Source of the DNA: Promethearchaeota archaeon | GTDB lineage: Archaea; Asgardarchaeota; Lokiarchaeia; Sigyniarchaeales; SOKP01 | DNA: 64,000 bases | NCBI GenBank assembly: GCA_048939015.1 | Contig: JBHLPW010000007.1 | Span: 1 to 64,000, forward strand | Reading direction: 5' to 3' | Shown here: positions 19,284 through 29,213 of the stretch, one piece after another | Numbering within the stretch: the stretch's first letter is position 1 | How the letters are laid out: the number at the start of each line of letters is the position of its first letter | Notes under the pieces: generated by a model | The model's input: only the letters and a program-made list of their open reading frames with translations | Told to the model about the DNA's origin: nothing | Database searches by the model: none | Translations under genes and position numbers: made by a program

Positions 19284-21209
19284 ATGAAGTTAAAAATCAA
19301 AAATGAATGGTTTTTAGATGAAGAAGGGCGTAAAATACTTCTTAGAGGAGTGAACTTAGGAGGAAGTAGTAAAGTTCCATATAATCCGAATGGAGCAACA
19401 CATACAAAAACAGATTTTAGTAATCATACAGACGTTTCATTTGTTGGACGTCCATTTCCTTTAAAAGAAGCAGATGAACATTTTTCACGATTAAAACATT
19501 GGGGTTTTAATTGTCTTAGATTTTTGGTAACCTGGGAAGCAATTGAACATAGCAGACCAGGACAATATGATAATGAGTATTTAGAATATCTCGAGGAGGT
19601 ATTAAAGGTTGCTGAAAGTTATAAGTTTTATACCTTCATAGATCCTCATCAAGATGTTTGGAGTAGGATGTCAGGAGGAGATGGTGCTCCCGGTTGGACT
19701 TTTGAAAAGGTTGGTTTAGATTTCACAAAGTTTGATGAAACAGGAGCAGCATTAGTAATGCAATATAGATATAATCCTGAAGATCCTTATTCTTATCCTC
19801 ATCTACATTGGATTTCAAACTCTTTAAGACTTGCTAATGGAACAATGTGGACAGTATTTTTTGGAGGAAGAGATTTTGCTCCATCATGTGAAATTAACGG
19901 AATCAATGCTCAAGATTACTTACAAAATCACTTTTTCCAAGCGGTCAAGCAAGTAGCACTCAAATTAAAAGGAAATCCATACATCATTGGATTCAATTCA
20001 TTAAATGAGCCATATGAAGGATGGATTGGGCATTTAATAGATGGGAGTGATGTCGAAGGATTTTCAGAAGCTTTAGGTTATGCTTTCAAACCTATAGATG
20101 CAATGTTAACAGGAGCCGGATATCCCAGAGAGATTCCATATCGAGAAATAAAACGGTTTGGTATAAAAGTAACTAGAAAGGATCTAATTAACCAGAAGGG
20201 AATTTCATGTTGGCTTGATGGATATAAAGATATTTGGAAAGAAGAAGGTGTTTGGGGATTAAACGATGATGGTGAACCTATAATTCTTAAAAATGACTAT
20301 TTTAAATACAAAGATGGAAATAATATAGATTTTTTTAAGGATTACTTAGCTTTATTTTTCAAAAAATATACAGAAATTATTAGAAAAGTACTTCCTGATA
20401 GTATCATCTTTTTCGAAGGTCCTGCAGAAAAATTAAAGACATCAGAAAAATTAGAATTTACAGTTCCAACAAATGTAGTGAATGCGGGGCATTGGTATGA
20501 CGATGCCACTTTAGGTACAAGAAGACCCATGATAAAAGCAAACTTTAACACCTATACTAATAAACCCGTGGTGGGTAAGAAAAATGTAAGAGAAATGTTC
20601 ATATCTCATTTAGGGTATATTAAGAATATCTCTAGTAAAATTCATAGTGGTATTCCTACTTTAATTGGGGAGTTTGGATTAGTTTATAATCTTAATAACG
20701 GCGAGGCATATAAAAAGTTCAAGGAAGAACCAGATAACGCATGGGAAAATCATATAAAATTACTTACTATGTATTATGATGCTCTAGATGCGAATCTACT
20801 CCATTCCACTCAGTGGAATTATACTTCAGATAATACAAATAAATGGGGTGATCTATGGAATCTTGAAGATCTTTCAATATTTAGTAGGGATCAACAATTA
20901 AAGCCTGATGATATTAATAGTGGCGGAAGAGCAATTGAAGGATTCTGTCGTCCACACTATATTCACTGTTCCGGAACACCATTAAGAATGGAGTTTATTT
21001 ATAAGGAAAAAACATTTAACTTCGATTATGAAGCAGATTCTTCACTAGAAGCACCCACTATCATTTATGTACCTCAAATCCAATATCCAAATGGATTCAA
21101 AATCGAGGTTTCTGAAGGAAATATTGATAAAAATGAAAAGGAACAATTAGTCTTCATTAGAACTAAGAAAGATGGAGTCCATAATATAAAAATTGGTCAA
21201 ATTCATTAA
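19284..21209 (+). CDS. GH5 glycoside hydrolase, endoglycoceramidase / steryl-beta-glucosidase-like
   Basis: LRGVNLGGSSKVP, FVGRPFP, DPHQDVWSR..GGDGAPGW, NEP acid/base, GEFG nucleophile, WNLEDLSIFS, GGRA. Confidence 0.9.
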   Translation: MKLKIKNEWFLDEEGRKILLRGVNLGGSSKVPYNPNGATHTKTDFSNHTDVSFVGRPFPLKEADEHFSRLKHWGFNCLRFLVTWEAIEHSRPGQYDNEYLEYLEEVLKVAESYKFYTFIDPHQDVWSRMSGGDGAPGWTFEKVGLDFTKFDETGAALVMQYRYNPEDPYSYPHLHWISNSLRLANGTMWTVFFGGRDFAPSCEINGINAQDYLQNHFFQAVKQVALKLKGNPYIIGFNSLNEPYEGWIGHLIDGSDVEGFSEALGYAFKPIDAMLTGAGYPREIPYREIKRFGIKVTRKDLINQKGISCWLDGYKDIWKEEGVWGLNDDGEPIILKNDYFKYKDGNNIDFFKDYLALFFKKYTEIIRKVLPDSIIFFEGPAEKLKTSEKLEFTVPTNVVNAGHWYDDATLGTRRPMIKANFNTYTNKPVVGKKNVREMFISHLGYIKNISSKIHSGIPTLIGEFGLVYNLNNGEAYKKFKEEPDNAWENHIKLLTMYYDALDANLLHSTQWNYTSDNTNKWGDLWNLEDLSIFSRDQQLKPDDINSGGRAIEGFCRPHYIHCSGTPLRMEFIYKEKTFNFDYEADSSLEAPTIIYVPQIQYPNGFKIEVSEGNIDKNEKEQLVFIRTKKDGVHNIKIGQIH

Positions 21210-21334
21210 AGTCAATTTAGTACTTTTATTTCTATATAGGTTTAAATAAAAAGCATAAATAATTCAAGATATAATTATATTTTATTATAAAAAACTCATT
21301 AGTTTTAGATTAAAATCTATAAAGAGGGTTTATA

Positions 21335-22372
21335 ATGACAACTAAGGTTGTTACATTTGGAGAAATAATGCTTAGACTGTCCCCTCCTAATTTCAAGCGA
21401 TTTATCCAAGCTCACTCGTTTGACTTGATTTATGGTGGCGGTGAAGCTAATGTTGCTGTTTCATTAGCTAATTATGGGATTCCTGTTGATTATATAACTA
21501 AATTACCTAATAATGAAATTGGTGACGCGTGTATTCAATTCCTAAGACAGTTTGGTATAAATACAAACAATATTGTTAGAGGTGGAAATAGATTAGGTAT
21601 ATATTTTCTCGAAATGGGCTCGTCTGTTCGACCAAGTAAAGTAATTTATGATAGAGCATATTCTGCAATATCTGAAGCTGACTCTGAAGATTTTGATTGG
21701 GATAAAATTTTTGATGGTGCTTCTTGGTTTCACTGGACAGGAATTACACCAGCGATTTCACAAAATTTAGCAAATATCTGTCATGATGCTGTAAAAGTAG
21801 CAAAAGAGAAAAAGCTTACAATATCGTGTGACTTAAATTATCGTAGCAAATTATGGAAATATGGAAAATCAGCAAATGAAGTGATGTCAGAATTAGTAAA
21901 ATATTCTGACATTGCTATTGGAAACGAAGAAGATGCGGATAAGGTTCTGGATATTAAAGCCCCTGATACAGACGTGACTTCAGGAGATCTTAAAGCTGAG
22001 AATTATAGATATGTAGTTGAAGAAATAGTGAAACTGTATCCAAATCTAAAAAATGTAGCAATTACATTGAGAGGCTCATTTTCTGCTAGCCATAATACAT
22101 GGTCGGCCGTTCTTTATGATGGAAATAATATGTATATTGGTCCGCAATATGAAATAACCCCTATTGTTGATAGAGTAGGTGGAGGAGATTCATTTATGGG
22201 AGGTTTAATCTATGGTCTTATAAAATATAAACATGATCTCCAAACGGCACTTAACTTTGCTGTAGCTGCTTCCTGTCTGAAACATACTATTTTAGGTGAT
22301 TTCAATTTAGTTTCTGTTGATGAAGTTCTAAAATTAATGGGTGGAGATATTTCTGGACGGGTTTCGAGATAA
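21335..22372 (+). CDS. kdgK: 2-keto-3-deoxygluconate kinase (PfkB family)
   Basis: FGEIMLRL, GGGEANVA, YDR..SA, DLNYR..LW, DRVGGGDSF. Confidence 0.9.
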   Translation: MTTKVVTFGEIMLRLSPPNFKRFIQAHSFDLIYGGGEANVAVSLANYGIPVDYITKLPNNEIGDACIQFLRQFGINTNNIVRGGNRLGIYFLEMGSSVRPSKVIYDRAYSAISEADSEDFDWDKIFDGASWFHWTGITPAISQNLANICHDAVKVAKEKKLTISCDLNYRSKLWKYGKSANEVMSELVKYSDIAIGNEEDADKVLDIKAPDTDVTSGDLKAENYRYVVEEIVKLYPNLKNVAITLRGSFSASHNTWSAVLYDGNNMYIGPQYEITPIVDRVGGGDSFMGGLIYGLIKYKHDLQTALNFAVAASCLKHTILGDFNLVSVDEVLKLMGGDISGRVSR

Positions 22373-22396
22373 TTTGTTCAGGAGGTTGATATAACA

Positions 22397-23200
22397 ATGA
22401 AAGATTATTCGAAAATAATAATTACTGCAACAACAGCAAATTCTTGGATTTATCCTGAAATTAAAAATTGGGCTCAAAATACTAATCAATTAATAAATGA
22501 TGTAGTAGAATGTTATGAAGCTGGTGCTGCAGTAGCCCATGTTCATCTCCCTCGTGGAGAAGAAATTGAAACTGTTAAAAGAATCCGAGAAAAATGTGAC
22601 ATCATAATTCAAGCGGGTATGTCAAGCGAATCAATCCCAAATAGAGAGGGCGATTTTAAGGCAAAACCAGAAATGATGTCAGTCATGTTAACCCATCATG
22701 CAGAACACTTTACTCAATTAACGGTCGATGTCTTACATCCTCTAAACGAACTAGAGGAATATTGCAGAGAATGTAAGAAGTTTAATATAAAACCTGAATG
22801 GGAAGTTTGGCATCAAGGCTCATATTGGAATCTAAATTATTTGATTGATAAAGGTTTGTTAGATTGGACACAACCTCATATATTAACTCTGTTTTTTAAT
22901 TGGCCAGGCGGAACATGGTCTTCCCCTCATTATAATGAGTATATTAATAGAAGACAAAACATGCCGACTAATAGTGTTCATACAGTTAGTGTAATGGGTG
23001 AAGAGCAAATGAAATTATTGGTTTTTGTTCTTACACATGGTGGAAATATAAGGGTTGGCACTGAAGATTACCCTTTTATCAAAAAAGGAGTACCTGCGAA
23101 AAATAATGCTGAAATTGTAAAAAACTATATTGATATTTGTGGTCATGTGAGTCGTGAAGTCGCAGATCCTTCTGAAGCAAGAAAAATTTTGGGACTCTAA
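22397..23200 (+). CDS. Beta-keto acid cleavage enzyme (BKACE / 3-keto-5-aminohexanoate cleavage family)
   Basis: AGAAVAHVH metal motif, KPEWE, GGNIRVGTED, NAEIV, REVADPSEARKILGL. Confidence 0.85.
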   Translation: MKDYSKIIITATTANSWIYPEIKNWAQNTNQLINDVVECYEAGAAVAHVHLPRGEEIETVKRIREKCDIIIQAGMSSESIPNREGDFKAKPEMMSVMLTHHAEHFTQLTVDVLHPLNELEEYCRECKKFNIKPEWEVWHQGSYWNLNYLIDKGLLDWTQPHILTLFFNWPGGTWSSPHYNEYINRRQNMPTNSVHTVSVMGEEQMKLLVFVLTHGGNIRVGTEDYPFIKKGVPAKNNAEIVKNYIDICGHVSREVADPSEARKILGL

Positions 23201-23204
23201 AATA

Positions 23205-24335
23205 ATGACTTTTAAACAAGAAATACTTAATACATTTTCAAAAAAAAAATCTCATCAAATTGTCTTCAGTCCACGACTATACTATTGGTATTTCGGAAAT
23301 AAAATATATTCAAGGTTAAAAAAAAATTACTCGGTAGGTGTACCTCCTCAATATTATGGCAAATCTCAATTAGATATATATAAAGAGCTTAATGTAAGTC
23401 CTCGTTATGCTGAAGAAACTCTTTATTTACCACTCTATAGCACAAGATTTTCTGCTGGTTCCCAGATTAAGGTTCAGACCGAACATGGAACAAAGGAGGG
23501 AGAAACCATTACAATCCATAAAACACCTCATGGAACGCTAAAATATAAAGAATCTATTGGTGGTGGATTAGGTGGTCATAAAACAGAATATCCAATAAAG
23601 AGTTTGGATGATATTAATATTATGAGATATATAATGGAAAACACCAATTTTTCATTCTTAAAAGAAAATTATAAAATAGCTGACAAACAGTTTGATGATA
23701 TCTGTGTCACAAGTACTTATTTGATGAAATCACCATATCAAAAATTAGTCACAGAGTTAATGGGTTTTACAAGAACAATATTATATCTGAAGAAATATCC
23801 CTCTCAAATAGAGAATTTCATGGTATTTCTAGAAGATTGGGATAATGAGATGTATAAACAGATTTCTGATTCACCTTTAGAAATTGTTAATTTTGGCGAG
23901 AATCTTGATTCAAATTTAAGTCCTCCGCATTATTTTGAGAAGTATTTAGTGCCTTATTATGAAAAACGAGTAAAGCAGCTTCATCAAGCGGGAAAATATT
24001 GTCATATCCATATTGATGGGAGTCTTAAGGATTTTCTTCCATATTTAGAACTTTTAAATTTTGATGGATTTGAAGCCTTAACAGCAAAACCTCAAGGTGA
24101 TGTTACCTTAGAGGAAATCAAAGATGCTATTGGTAATAAAATATTTTTAGATGGACTACCTTCCATCTTATTTTTACAAGAATATAGTTGGGATTATCTC
24201 GAAAAATATACACAAAAGGTGCTAAATTTATTTGCACCTAATCTGATTTTAGGCGTTTCTGATGAACTTTCTCCGAATGGGAATATCCAAAAAATAATAA
24301 AAATATCTGAAATTGTTAACGTTTTTAATAACTAA
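23205..24335 (+). CDS. Uroporphyrinogen decarboxylase-like (URO-D/MtaA superfamily) protein
   Basis: TPHGTL, EYPIKS..D, SP.YFEKY..PYY, HIHIDG, ILGVSDE. ATG at 23205 directly follows the BKACE stop. Confidence 0.75.
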   Translation: MTFKQEILNTFSKKKSHQIVFSPRLYYWYFGNKIYSRLKKNYSVGVPPQYYGKSQLDIYKELNVSPRYAEETLYLPLYSTRFSAGSQIKVQTEHGTKEGETITIHKTPHGTLKYKESIGGGLGGHKTEYPIKSLDDINIMRYIMENTNFSFLKENYKIADKQFDDICVTSTYLMKSPYQKLVTELMGFTRTILYLKKYPSQIENFMVFLEDWDNEMYKQISDSPLEIVNFGENLDSNLSPPHYFEKYLVPYYEKRVKQLHQAGKYCHIHIDGSLKDFLPYLELLNFDGFEALTAKPQGDVTLEEIKDAIGNKIFLDGLPSILFLQEYSWDYLEKYTQKVLNLFAPNLILGVSDELSPNGNIQKIIKISEIVNVFNN

Positions 24336-24429
24336 ATTTTATACTGGAATTATCTCTTTCCATCAAAGTTTTATGAAATAAAATTCAATTTTATAGTATT
24401 AGTTAATTCCAATTTTTAAAATTGATATA

Positions 24430-25179
24430 ATGAAATTAAAAGGAAAAGTTGCTGTAATAACGGGAGCGGGAGCAGGTATTGGTAAAGCAACTGCTTTTCT
24501 TTTCGCTAAGGAAGGAGCTAAAATATGTTGTAATTCAATTACACAATCTGCATTAAGAGTTAGTGAAGAAATTAATAAGATGGGTGGTGAATCTATATTT
24601 ATTCAAGCAGATGTTTCCATCGAAGAAGAAGTAAAGAGAATTATTGATAAAACTATTGAAAAATTTGGAAGAATTGACATTCTATTTAACAATGCAGGTA
24701 TAGTACTTGGAGGTGCTGTTGATACAATATCCACAGAGGATTTTGACAGAACAATGGCAGTGAATGTTCGCAGTATTTATTTGGTATCTAAATATGCTCT
24801 TCCTTTTCTACGAAAAACACACGGTGTAATTATAAATAATGCTTCCTCAGTAGCATTTAAAGGAGTGAAAGATAGAGCTGCATATACAGCTTCTAAAGGG
24901 GCTGTCTTATCTATGACTAGGGCTATGGCTATGGATTATTTAGAAGATAAAATCCGAGTTAATGCGATATGTCCTGGTACTACGGATACTCCTTCATTAG
25001 CCGATAGGATTAAAAATCGAGGAGGAAATTATGAAGAGGTAAGAAACCAATATATTACTCGTCAAAGAATTGGCAGACTCGGGACTCCTGAAGAGATAGC
25101 AGAAGGAGTATTATTCCTTACATTGAATGGATTTTGTACTGGCGTCAGTCTTCTTGTTGATGGAGGCATGACAATGTAG
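24430..25179 (+). CDS. SDR oxidoreductase, resembling 2-keto-3-deoxy-L-fuconate dehydrogenase / BDH2
   Basis: TGAGAGIG, NNAG, YTASK, NAICPGTTDTPSL. Confidence 0.85.
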   Translation: MKLKGKVAVITGAGAGIGKATAFLFAKEGAKICCNSITQSALRVSEEINKMGGESIFIQADVSIEEEVKRIIDKTIEKFGRIDILFNNAGIVLGGAVDTISTEDFDRTMAVNVRSIYLVSKYALPFLRKTHGVIINNASSVAFKGVKDRAAYTASKGAVLSMTRAMAMDYLEDKIRVNAICPGTTDTPSLADRIKNRGGNYEEVRNQYITRQRIGRLGTPEEIAEGVLFLTLNGFCTGVSLLVDGGMTM

Positions 25180-25209
25180 TCTCATATTATTATTAAAAAC
25201 TTATTTTAT

Positions 25210-26364
25210 ATGGAAACCATCATGGATTATGTAAAATTTGGCATTATTGGATGTGGAAATGCAAGTGGTTATCACACATTAGGGATTAAAAAAGATCCAA
25301 AACCTAATATTAAATTTGTTGCAGCCTATGATATAAATGAACGAAATTTAAATCGTGTTTCTAGGAGAAATAAACTAACACCCTATACAGATTTAGATAA
25401 GTTTCTTCAGAGTGATATTGATGCAGTTTTATTACTAATTCCGCATTTTTTACATGCTGATTTGACTGAGAAGATAGCTGAAGCAGGTAAGCATGTATTA
25501 TGTGAGAAACCAATGGCTTGTACTTTAGAAGAATGCGATAGAATGATTGAAGCAACTAAAAAAGCGGGTGTAAATTTTATGATTGCTGAAAATCATCGAT
25601 TTTTACCTGCTCATCAATATATCAAACAACTTCTTGACAAAGATTTTATAGGAGATATTTTTTTAGCTCGAACGTATGAAGGTGCTTATTGCGAATCTCA
25701 AGAATTTCTAGATCCTAATTTTTGGCATTTCACTTTTAATAAAGGTGGGGGTGGTGTTGTAATGGATCAAGGTGTACATAAATTCGCAATGTTAAATTGG
25801 TTTTTGGGTGAGGTTGATTCTGCTCAATGTTGGTGCTCAAAAACATTAGACAGTCCTCCTAACAAAGGAGAGGATACTGCTATTATTCTTCTACGCTATA
25901 AATCAGGAGCTATCGTAAGTGTAAGTTTATCTTCCACAACGGTACATCCCTTAAATAATAGCACGGAGCTGCAAGGAACAAAAGGTACAATTTATGAAGA
26001 CCATTCCTGGGAAAACCCACTTAAAATATTTTCATCTCATTCTGAAGCAGAAAAAAAAGGTGAATTTTATAGTCCAACTGCACCTATTGAACATGGACCT
26101 TATCCACAATATTATACAATATCCGCTCGTTATGAAGATCGTTATTTTGCTGAATGCATCTTGAACGATAGAGAACCTGAATTCACACCTGAACAGGCTA
26201 AAGAAGCAGTTGTAGTGGTACTTCTTTCTTATCTTTCTGCAAAGAGAGGAAAGATTACAACTATGGAAGAATTTAGAAGTTACGTAAAAAATGAAGGAAC
26301 TTATAAAATTCTAGAAGATTTTTTACCAGTAATACAAAATAATTATAAAAATTTAAATTGGTAA
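25210..26364 (+). CDS. Gfo/Idh/MocA family oxidoreductase
   Basis: GIIGCG, GKHVLCEKP, GGGVVMDQGVH. Confidence 0.92.
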   Translation: METIMDYVKFGIIGCGNASGYHTLGIKKDPKPNIKFVAAYDINERNLNRVSRRNKLTPYTDLDKFLQSDIDAVLLLIPHFLHADLTEKIAEAGKHVLCEKPMACTLEECDRMIEATKKAGVNFMIAENHRFLPAHQYIKQLLDKDFIGDIFLARTYEGAYCESQEFLDPNFWHFTFNKGGGGVVMDQGVHKFAMLNWFLGEVDSAQCWCSKTLDSPPNKGEDTAIILLRYKSGAIVSVSLSSTTVHPLNNSTELQGTKGTIYEDHSWENPLKIFSSHSEAEKKGEFYSPTAPIEHGPYPQYYTISARYEDRYFAECILNDREPEFTPEQAKEAVVVVLLSYLSAKRGKITTMEEFRSYVKNEGTYKILEDFLPVIQNNYKNLNW

Positions 26365-26391
26365 AAATGTAATACTTAAAATATAAGGGGA

Positions 26392-27087
26392 TTGAAATTG
26401 GTAAAACATATTGGAATTATTGGTTGTAGTGCCGAAGGAGCTGCCTTATGTTATAAAACAATTTGTATAGAAGCACAAGAAAAATTGTTTAAATATAGGC
26501 ATCCTGAAATAACGATGCACACTCCTCCTTTAGCTGATTATATGCAACATATATGGAATGGTAATTGGGAAGGAGTAGCAGAATTAATGCTCAAATCAGC
26601 GAAAATTGTAGCAAACGCTGGAGCGGACTTTGGAATTTGTCCGGATAATACTTTACATCAAGCTTACGATTTGATGATATCTAAATCTCCTATCCCTTTT
26701 CTGCATATTGCAGAAGTGGTGGGAGATGAAGCTAAAAAGCAAAAATTTAAGCATTTAGGAATTCTAGGAACAAAATATCTTATGAATTCTCCTGTTTATC
26801 CAGATGCTCTTAAAAAATTTAGAATAACTTCCGAGATTCCAGAAGTTCCTGATCAAGACAAAGTCGATAAAATTATTTTTGAAGAATTGGTAAATGGAAT
26901 ATTTTTAGAAGAATCAAGAAAATTCATCAATAAAATTATTCAAAAACTAGCGAAAAATGGATGTAATGCTGTTGTTCTTGGATGTACAGAAATTCCTCTA
27001 CTTGTAGATCCTAATGATTGTCCTTTATCTACTTTAGATTCTACTAGATTGCTAGCTAGAGCAGCTATTAAATATGCTTTAGAATGA
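26392..27087 (+). CDS. Aspartate/glutamate racemase family amino acid racemase
   Basis: CPDNTLH, PFLHIA, LGILGT, VLGCTEIPL, LDST. Confidence 0.88.
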   Translation: MKLVKHIGIIGCSAEGAALCYKTICIEAQEKLFKYRHPEITMHTPPLADYMQHIWNGNWEGVAELMLKSAKIVANAGADFGICPDNTLHQAYDLMISKSPIPFLHIAEVVGDEAKKQKFKHLGILGTKYLMNSPVYPDALKKFRITSEIPEVPDQDKVDKIIFEELVNGIFLEESRKFINKIIQKLAKNGCNAVVLGCTEIPLLVDPNDCPLSTLDSTRLLARAAIKYALE

Positions 27088-27120
27088 TACTTAAAAGATA
27101 GAAAAAGAAATTAATTAAAT

Positions 27121-27897
27121 TTATTGAGTAGTCCATCCACCATCAATTCTAAGATCGGCTCCGGTCATATAAGAGGATTCTTCAGTTGCTAGAAATAGAA
27201 TTCCTGTAGCAATCTCTTCAGGTGTAGCCCACCGCCCTAGAACACCTTCTGATTCAAACTCTTTCTTAACCTCTTCATAAGTAATGCCTCTGTCTCTCGC
27301 CTGCTTTGCAACATCACTCTGTAGCATTGGAGTATCAGTAGCTCCAGGACTTACACTATTTACACGGACATTGTAGGGAGCTAAATCTAATGCTAATGCT
27401 CTAGTATACCCTAATACTCCTGCTTTTGTAGAACAGTAATTTGCATGAGCAGTTTGCCCTATATGAGCCGCAACAGAAGCTAAAGTAATAATTGAACCTG
27501 ATTTCTGTTTTTTAAAATATGGAATTGCGAATTTACACGTGTGATGAGTTCCTTTAAGATTTACATTTATAAGAAGATCATAATCATCATCTGGAAAAGT
27601 CTCAACAGGTCCAACTCGTACTATACCTGCATTAACAATTAAAATATCGATTCTCCCATATTTTTCAATAGTTAAATCAATCATATTCTTAACTTCATTA
27701 GGATTTCTAACATCAACTTTCATAATTGATGTTCTATCTTTTCCATCTTCAATCAAGCCAAGAGTTTCTTCAAGACCTTCTTCATTTATGTCTGAAAGAA
27801 TTTGTATTGCACCCTCTTTTGCAAATAGTATAGCAGTTGATCTTCCAATTCCAGAGGCAGCTCCAGTTAACACTACAATCTTATCTTTTACTCTAAT
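27121..27897 (-). CDS. SDR oxidoreductase (probable non-canonical ATT start)
   Basis: TGAASGIG, NAG, YCSTK, PGATDT, DGG. The beta-1 strand RVKDKIVVL lies upstream of the GTG at 27873. Confidence 0.85.
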   Translation of the reverse strand: MRVKDKIVVLTGAASGIGRSTAILFAKEGAIQILSDINEEGLEETLGLIEDGKDRTSIMKVDVRNPNEVKNMIDLTIEKYGRIDILIVNAGIVRVGPVETFPDDDYDLLINVNLKGTHHTCKFAIPYFKKQKSGSIITLASVAAHIGQTAHANYCSTKAGVLGYTRALALDLAPYNVRVNSVSPGATDTPMLQSDVAKQARDRGITYEEVKKEFESEGVLGRWATPEEIATGILFLATEESSYMTGADLRIDGGWTTQ

Positions 27898-28007
27898 GTT
27901 TATACACCTCTATTTTACTAAAATTGTATTATTAAATTAATTTTACTGAGAATTTTCAATATAGACAGATTCAAAATTTATATAAAATTTTCTTGTTTTT
28001 CTTAATT

Positions 28008-29147
28008 ATGAATTCTGTAAAATATGGATTAGTAGGAATTGGCAACACCATCAATTCAGCTTGGCCTTATCATTTTGTTGGATGCAAAGATAATCCAAAA
28101 ATAGAATTTTTATCTGTATTTGATATTAATCAAAAGAAAGCATCAAAATTAGCAAAAATCTTCAAACTAAAGACTTTTAATTCTTATGAGGATCTTCTTG
28201 AAAGTGATATTGATGCTGTTCTTGTATTGGTTCCACATCATGCTCATGAAGAGGTAGTAATTAAAGCTGCAAAAGCAGGAAAGCATGTTTTATGTGAAAA
28301 ACCTATGGCGACGACCCTTGAAGGCTGTGACCGAATGATTAATGCGACTAAGAAAGCCGGAGTTAAATTTATGATTGCAGAAAATCATCGTTTTTTACCT
28401 GCTCATCAAAAAATCCATGATTTCATAAACCAAGGAACGATAGGGAAAGTTTTTATGTTAAGATCTTACGAAGGAGTTCCAGAAGTTCATAATGTTAATA
28501 ACCCCGATTCTTGGAAGGCACATCCTTTAAAAGCAGGAGGGGGGGCATTAATGGATATGGGAGTTCATAAATTTGCTACTTTTAATTGGATCTTAAACGA
28601 TAGAGTTGATTCTGCATACTGTTGGCTAACAAAACAATTAACAAACTTACCAGAAAAAGCTGAAGATAATGCATTTATTCTTTTGAAATACCAATCTGGT
28701 GTTATTGTAGAATGTGTTTTAAGTTTTACAGTTAATGCTCCCTCATCAAACCAATTAGAGGTTTATGGAACAGAAGGAACTTTAATAGAAAATCATGATT
28801 GGGAAAAACCAATTAAAATTTATACACCTCAAAAGTTAAATGCGGATAAAGTAAAAGGATGGTATTACCCTCTAATTAACCATGGTCCTTTTCCAACATA
28901 TTATCACATATCAATGGGTAATGAGGATTCCTATTTTACAGATTGTATTTTAGAAGACAAAGAACCTGAATTCACTCCAGAACAAGCTAAAGAAGCTGTT
29001 GCTACGGTTCTTTTAGCATATTTGTCAGCTCTTAATGGTAGAACTACATCAATTGATGAATTAGTGGATATTTATAAGACAAAAGGAACCAAATTCATAC
29101 ATGAAAATTTAATGAAGGCTGTTCAAAATAATTATATATTAGATTAA
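28008..29147 (+). CDS. Gfo/Idh/MocA family oxidoreductase (paralog of 25210-26364)
   Basis: GKHVLCEKP, MIAENHRFLPAH, GGGALMDMGVHKF, EPEFTPEQAKEAV shared with the paralog. Confidence 0.92.
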   Translation: MNSVKYGLVGIGNTINSAWPYHFVGCKDNPKIEFLSVFDINQKKASKLAKIFKLKTFNSYEDLLESDIDAVLVLVPHHAHEEVVIKAAKAGKHVLCEKPMATTLEGCDRMINATKKAGVKFMIAENHRFLPAHQKIHDFINQGTIGKVFMLRSYEGVPEVHNVNNPDSWKAHPLKAGGGALMDMGVHKFATFNWILNDRVDSAYCWLTKQLTNLPEKAEDNAFILLKYQSGVIVECVLSFTVNAPSSNQLEVYGTEGTLIENHDWEKPIKIYTPQKLNADKVKGWYYPLINHGPFPTYYHISMGNEDSYFTDCILEDKEPEFTPEQAKEAVATVLLAYLSALNGRTTSIDELVDIYKTKGTKFIHENLMKAVQNNYILD

Positions 29148-29213
29148 ATCAAAATTGTAAATAATTTTATCTATTAGGATTAGATTGTAATCATAAAAAT
29201 AAAAGGGAAATAC

